Assembly: GCA_964016885.1 (NCBI GenBank)
Contig: OZ024743.1
Coordinates: 324,632,001 to 324,696,000, forward strand
Source of the DNA: Eledone cirrhosa
Lineage: Eukaryota
Reading direction: 5' to 3'
DNA: 64,000 nucleotides
A model generated the notes under the pieces. That model saw nothing but the letters and a program-made list of their open reading frames with translations, did no database searches and was not told where the DNA came from. This document shows positions 62,101-64,000 of the stretch, piece by piece. The first letter of the stretch is position 1; each line of letters opens with the position of its first letter. The translations under genes were made by a program, and so were the position numbers.

Positions 62101-64000
62101 CACAACAACTACCACCACTACCAATACCATAAGTACTACCACCACTACCAATACCACTAGTACTACCACCACTACCAATACCACTAGTACTACCACCACT
62201 ACCAATACCACAAGTACTACCACCACTACCAATATCACAAGTACTACCACTACTACCAATACCACTAGTACTACCACCACTACCAATATCACAAGTACTA
62301 CCACCACTACCAATACCACAAGTACTACCACCACTACCAATACCACAAGTACTACCACCACTACCAATACCACAAGTACTACCACCACTACCAATACTAC
62401 AAGTTCTACCACCACTACCAATATCACAAGTACTACCACCACTACCAATACCACAAGTACTACCACCACTACTAATATCACAAGTACTACCACCACTACA
62501 AATACCACAAGTGCTACCACCACTACCAATACCACAAGTACTACCACCACTACCAATACCACAAGTACTATCACCACTACCAATGCCACAAGTACTACCA
62601 CCACTACCAGTACCACAAGTACTACCACCACTACCAATACCACTAGTACTACCACCACTACCTATGCCACAAGTACTACCACCACTACCAGTACCACAAG
62701 TACTACCACCACTAACAATACCCCAAGTACTACAACCACTACCAATACCACAAGTACTACCACCACTCCCAATATCACAAGTACTACCACCACTACCAAT
62801 ACCACTAGTACTACCACCACTACCAATATCACAAGTACTACCACCACTACCAATACCACAAGTACTACCACCACTACCAATACCACAAGTACTACCACCA
62901 CTACCAATACTACAAGTACTACCACCACTACCAATATCACAAGTACTACAACCACTACCAATACCACAAGTACTACCACCACTACTAATATCACAAGTAC
63001 TACCACCACTACAAATACCACAAGTACTACCACCACTACCAATACCACAAGTACTACCACCACTACCAATAAAACAAGTACTATCACCACTACCAATGCC
63101 ACAAGTACTACCATCACTAACAATACCACAAGTACTACAACCACTAACAATACCACAAGTACTACCACCACTACCAATATCACAAGTACTACCAACACTA
63201 CCAATACCACTACCAATATCACAAGTACTACCGCCACTACCAATACCACAAGTACTACCACCACTACCAATACCACAAGTACTACCACCACTACCAATAT
63301 CACAAGTACTACCACCACTACCAATACCACAGGTACTACCAGCACTACTAATATCACAAGTACTACCACCACTACCAATACCACAAGTACTACCACCACT
63401 ACCAATACCACAAGTACTACCACCACTACCAATACCACAAGTACTACCACCACTACCAATATCACAAGTACTACCACCACTACCAATACCACAGGTACTA
63501 CCAGCACTACTAATATCACAAGTACTACCACCACTACTAATACCACTAGTACTAGCACCACTACCAATATCACAAGTACTCCCACCACTACCAATACCAG
63601 AAGTACTACCACCACTACCAATATCAGAAGTACTACAACCACTACCAATATCACAAGTACTATCACCACTACCAATACCACTAGTACTATCACCACTACC
63701 AATACCACAAGTACTACCACCACTACCAATACTACAAGTACTACCACCACTACCAATATCACAAGTACTACCACCACTACCAATACCACAAGTACTACCA
63801 CCACTACCAGTATCACAAGTACTACCACCACTACCAATACCACAAGTACTACCACCACTACCAATATCAGAAGTACTACCACCACTACCAATACCACTAC
63901 CAATACCACTACCAATACCACAAGTACTACCAGCACTACCAATACCACAAGTACTACCACCACTACCAATACCACAAGTAGTCCCACCACTACCAATACC
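53200..64000. repeat. Higher-order repeat of about 4.7-4.8 kb, more than 2 copies, with an internal 714-bp duplication
   Basis: Offset 4,690 for 53849/58539 (matching 616-aa track ORFs) and 55693/60383. Offset 4,837 for 56733/61570, 57014/61851 and 57825/62662. Offset 714 for 57825/58539. Confidence 0.92.
55705..60385 (+). other. Longest frameshift-free stretch. Its Thr-rich phase (TNTTSTTTT)n is stop-free for about 1,560 codons, but it is not called as a gene
   Basis: I saw no single-base indel between the ACCGACT units at about 55700 and 60390, and the opposite-strand Gly/Ser frame is continuous across this span in the ORF track. There is no start codon, signal peptide or unique domain. 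ACN, AAT and AGT codons cannot become stops by one substitution, so the open frame is weak evidence. Confidence 0.12.

Larger units (their letters stand above)
1..64000. repeat. Tandem array (satellite) of a 27-bp monomer, consensus ACCAATACCACAAGTACTACCACCACT, about 2,370 copies, open at both window ends
   Basis: The 27-bp period is visible on every line, anchored on AGTACT. All units are head-to-tail, with no inversion or non-repeat insert seen. Consensus composition is A11 C11 T4 G1. All ORF-track products are 9-residue periodic translations of this unit. Confidence 0.99.

Noticed and set aside
401-62132. Plus-strand (PPLPIPQVL)n ORFs resembling extensin, zein or proline-rich proteins, and (HHYQYHKYY)n ORFs
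   Set aside because: These are alternative phases of the same repeat. Starts come from AATGCC, AGTGCT or TTG variants and stops from the recurrent CCATAA, CACTAG and CACTAA variants. No gene context is present.
133-63996. Long minus-strand ORFs (up to 1,959 aa) of poly-Val/Leu and (GSGGSTCGI)n, superficially like membrane, keratin-associated, loricrin or silk proteins
   Set aside because: They arise automatically from a 27-bp unit that lacks stops in five of six frames. They switch between Val and Gly/Ser phases at recurring indels, overlap one another, begin at incidental start codons and have no unique domains.
1-64000. CRISPR array (repeat length within the CRISPR range, short internal palindrome)
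   Set aside because: Units abut directly with no unique spacers, and there is no leader or cas gene.
1-64000. Telomerase-made telomeric tract (G/T-rich strand, long unit as in some budding yeasts)
   Set aside because: I recognise no matching telomere motif. Kilobase-scale HORs of variant units indicate recombinational amplification, not templated addition. A subtelomeric location cannot be excluded.
1-64000. Pure sequencing or assembly artefact, or synthetic concatemer
   Set aside because: Rare variants recur in conserved order at several nested scales and with graded divergence, as expected of an evolved array. Exact copy numbers of the near-identical HORs still need read support.
1-64000. 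tRNA, rRNA, structured ncRNA, transposon ends, promoters or terminators
   Set aside because: There is no non-repeat sequence. The near absence of G on the plus strand precludes extended stems, and no terminal inverted repeats or orientation switches were seen.

Overview
The whole 64-kb window is one uninterrupted, single-orientation tandem array of a 27-bp monomer, consensus ACCAATACCACAAGTACTACCACCACT (about 2,370 units by length/27). It runs off both ends of the window and contains no unique sequence. I see no supportable protein-coding gene, RNA gene, mobile element or CRISPR array. Every ORF in the track is an alternative reading of the monomer: PPLPIPQVL, HHYQYHKYY and TNTTSTTTT on the plus strand, GSGGSTCGI and VVVVVLVVL on the minus strand. 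The real structure lies in the pattern of monomer variants. There are nested higher-order repeats (HORs) from 54 bp to about 4.8 kb. A stereotyped cassette ending in a 28-bp (+1) unit recurs about 44 times. A 26-bp (-1) unit is confined to the left 35 kb, and the variant set changes at about 35-40 kb. The best call is eukaryotic-type satellite DNA built on an (ACN)n triplet scaffold. A less likely alternative is a frameshifted, amplified relic of a Thr-rich mucin-like exon with an N-glycosylation sequon in each unit. Counts and periods were read by eye from the sequence and ORF-track coordinates, and block boundaries are approximate.
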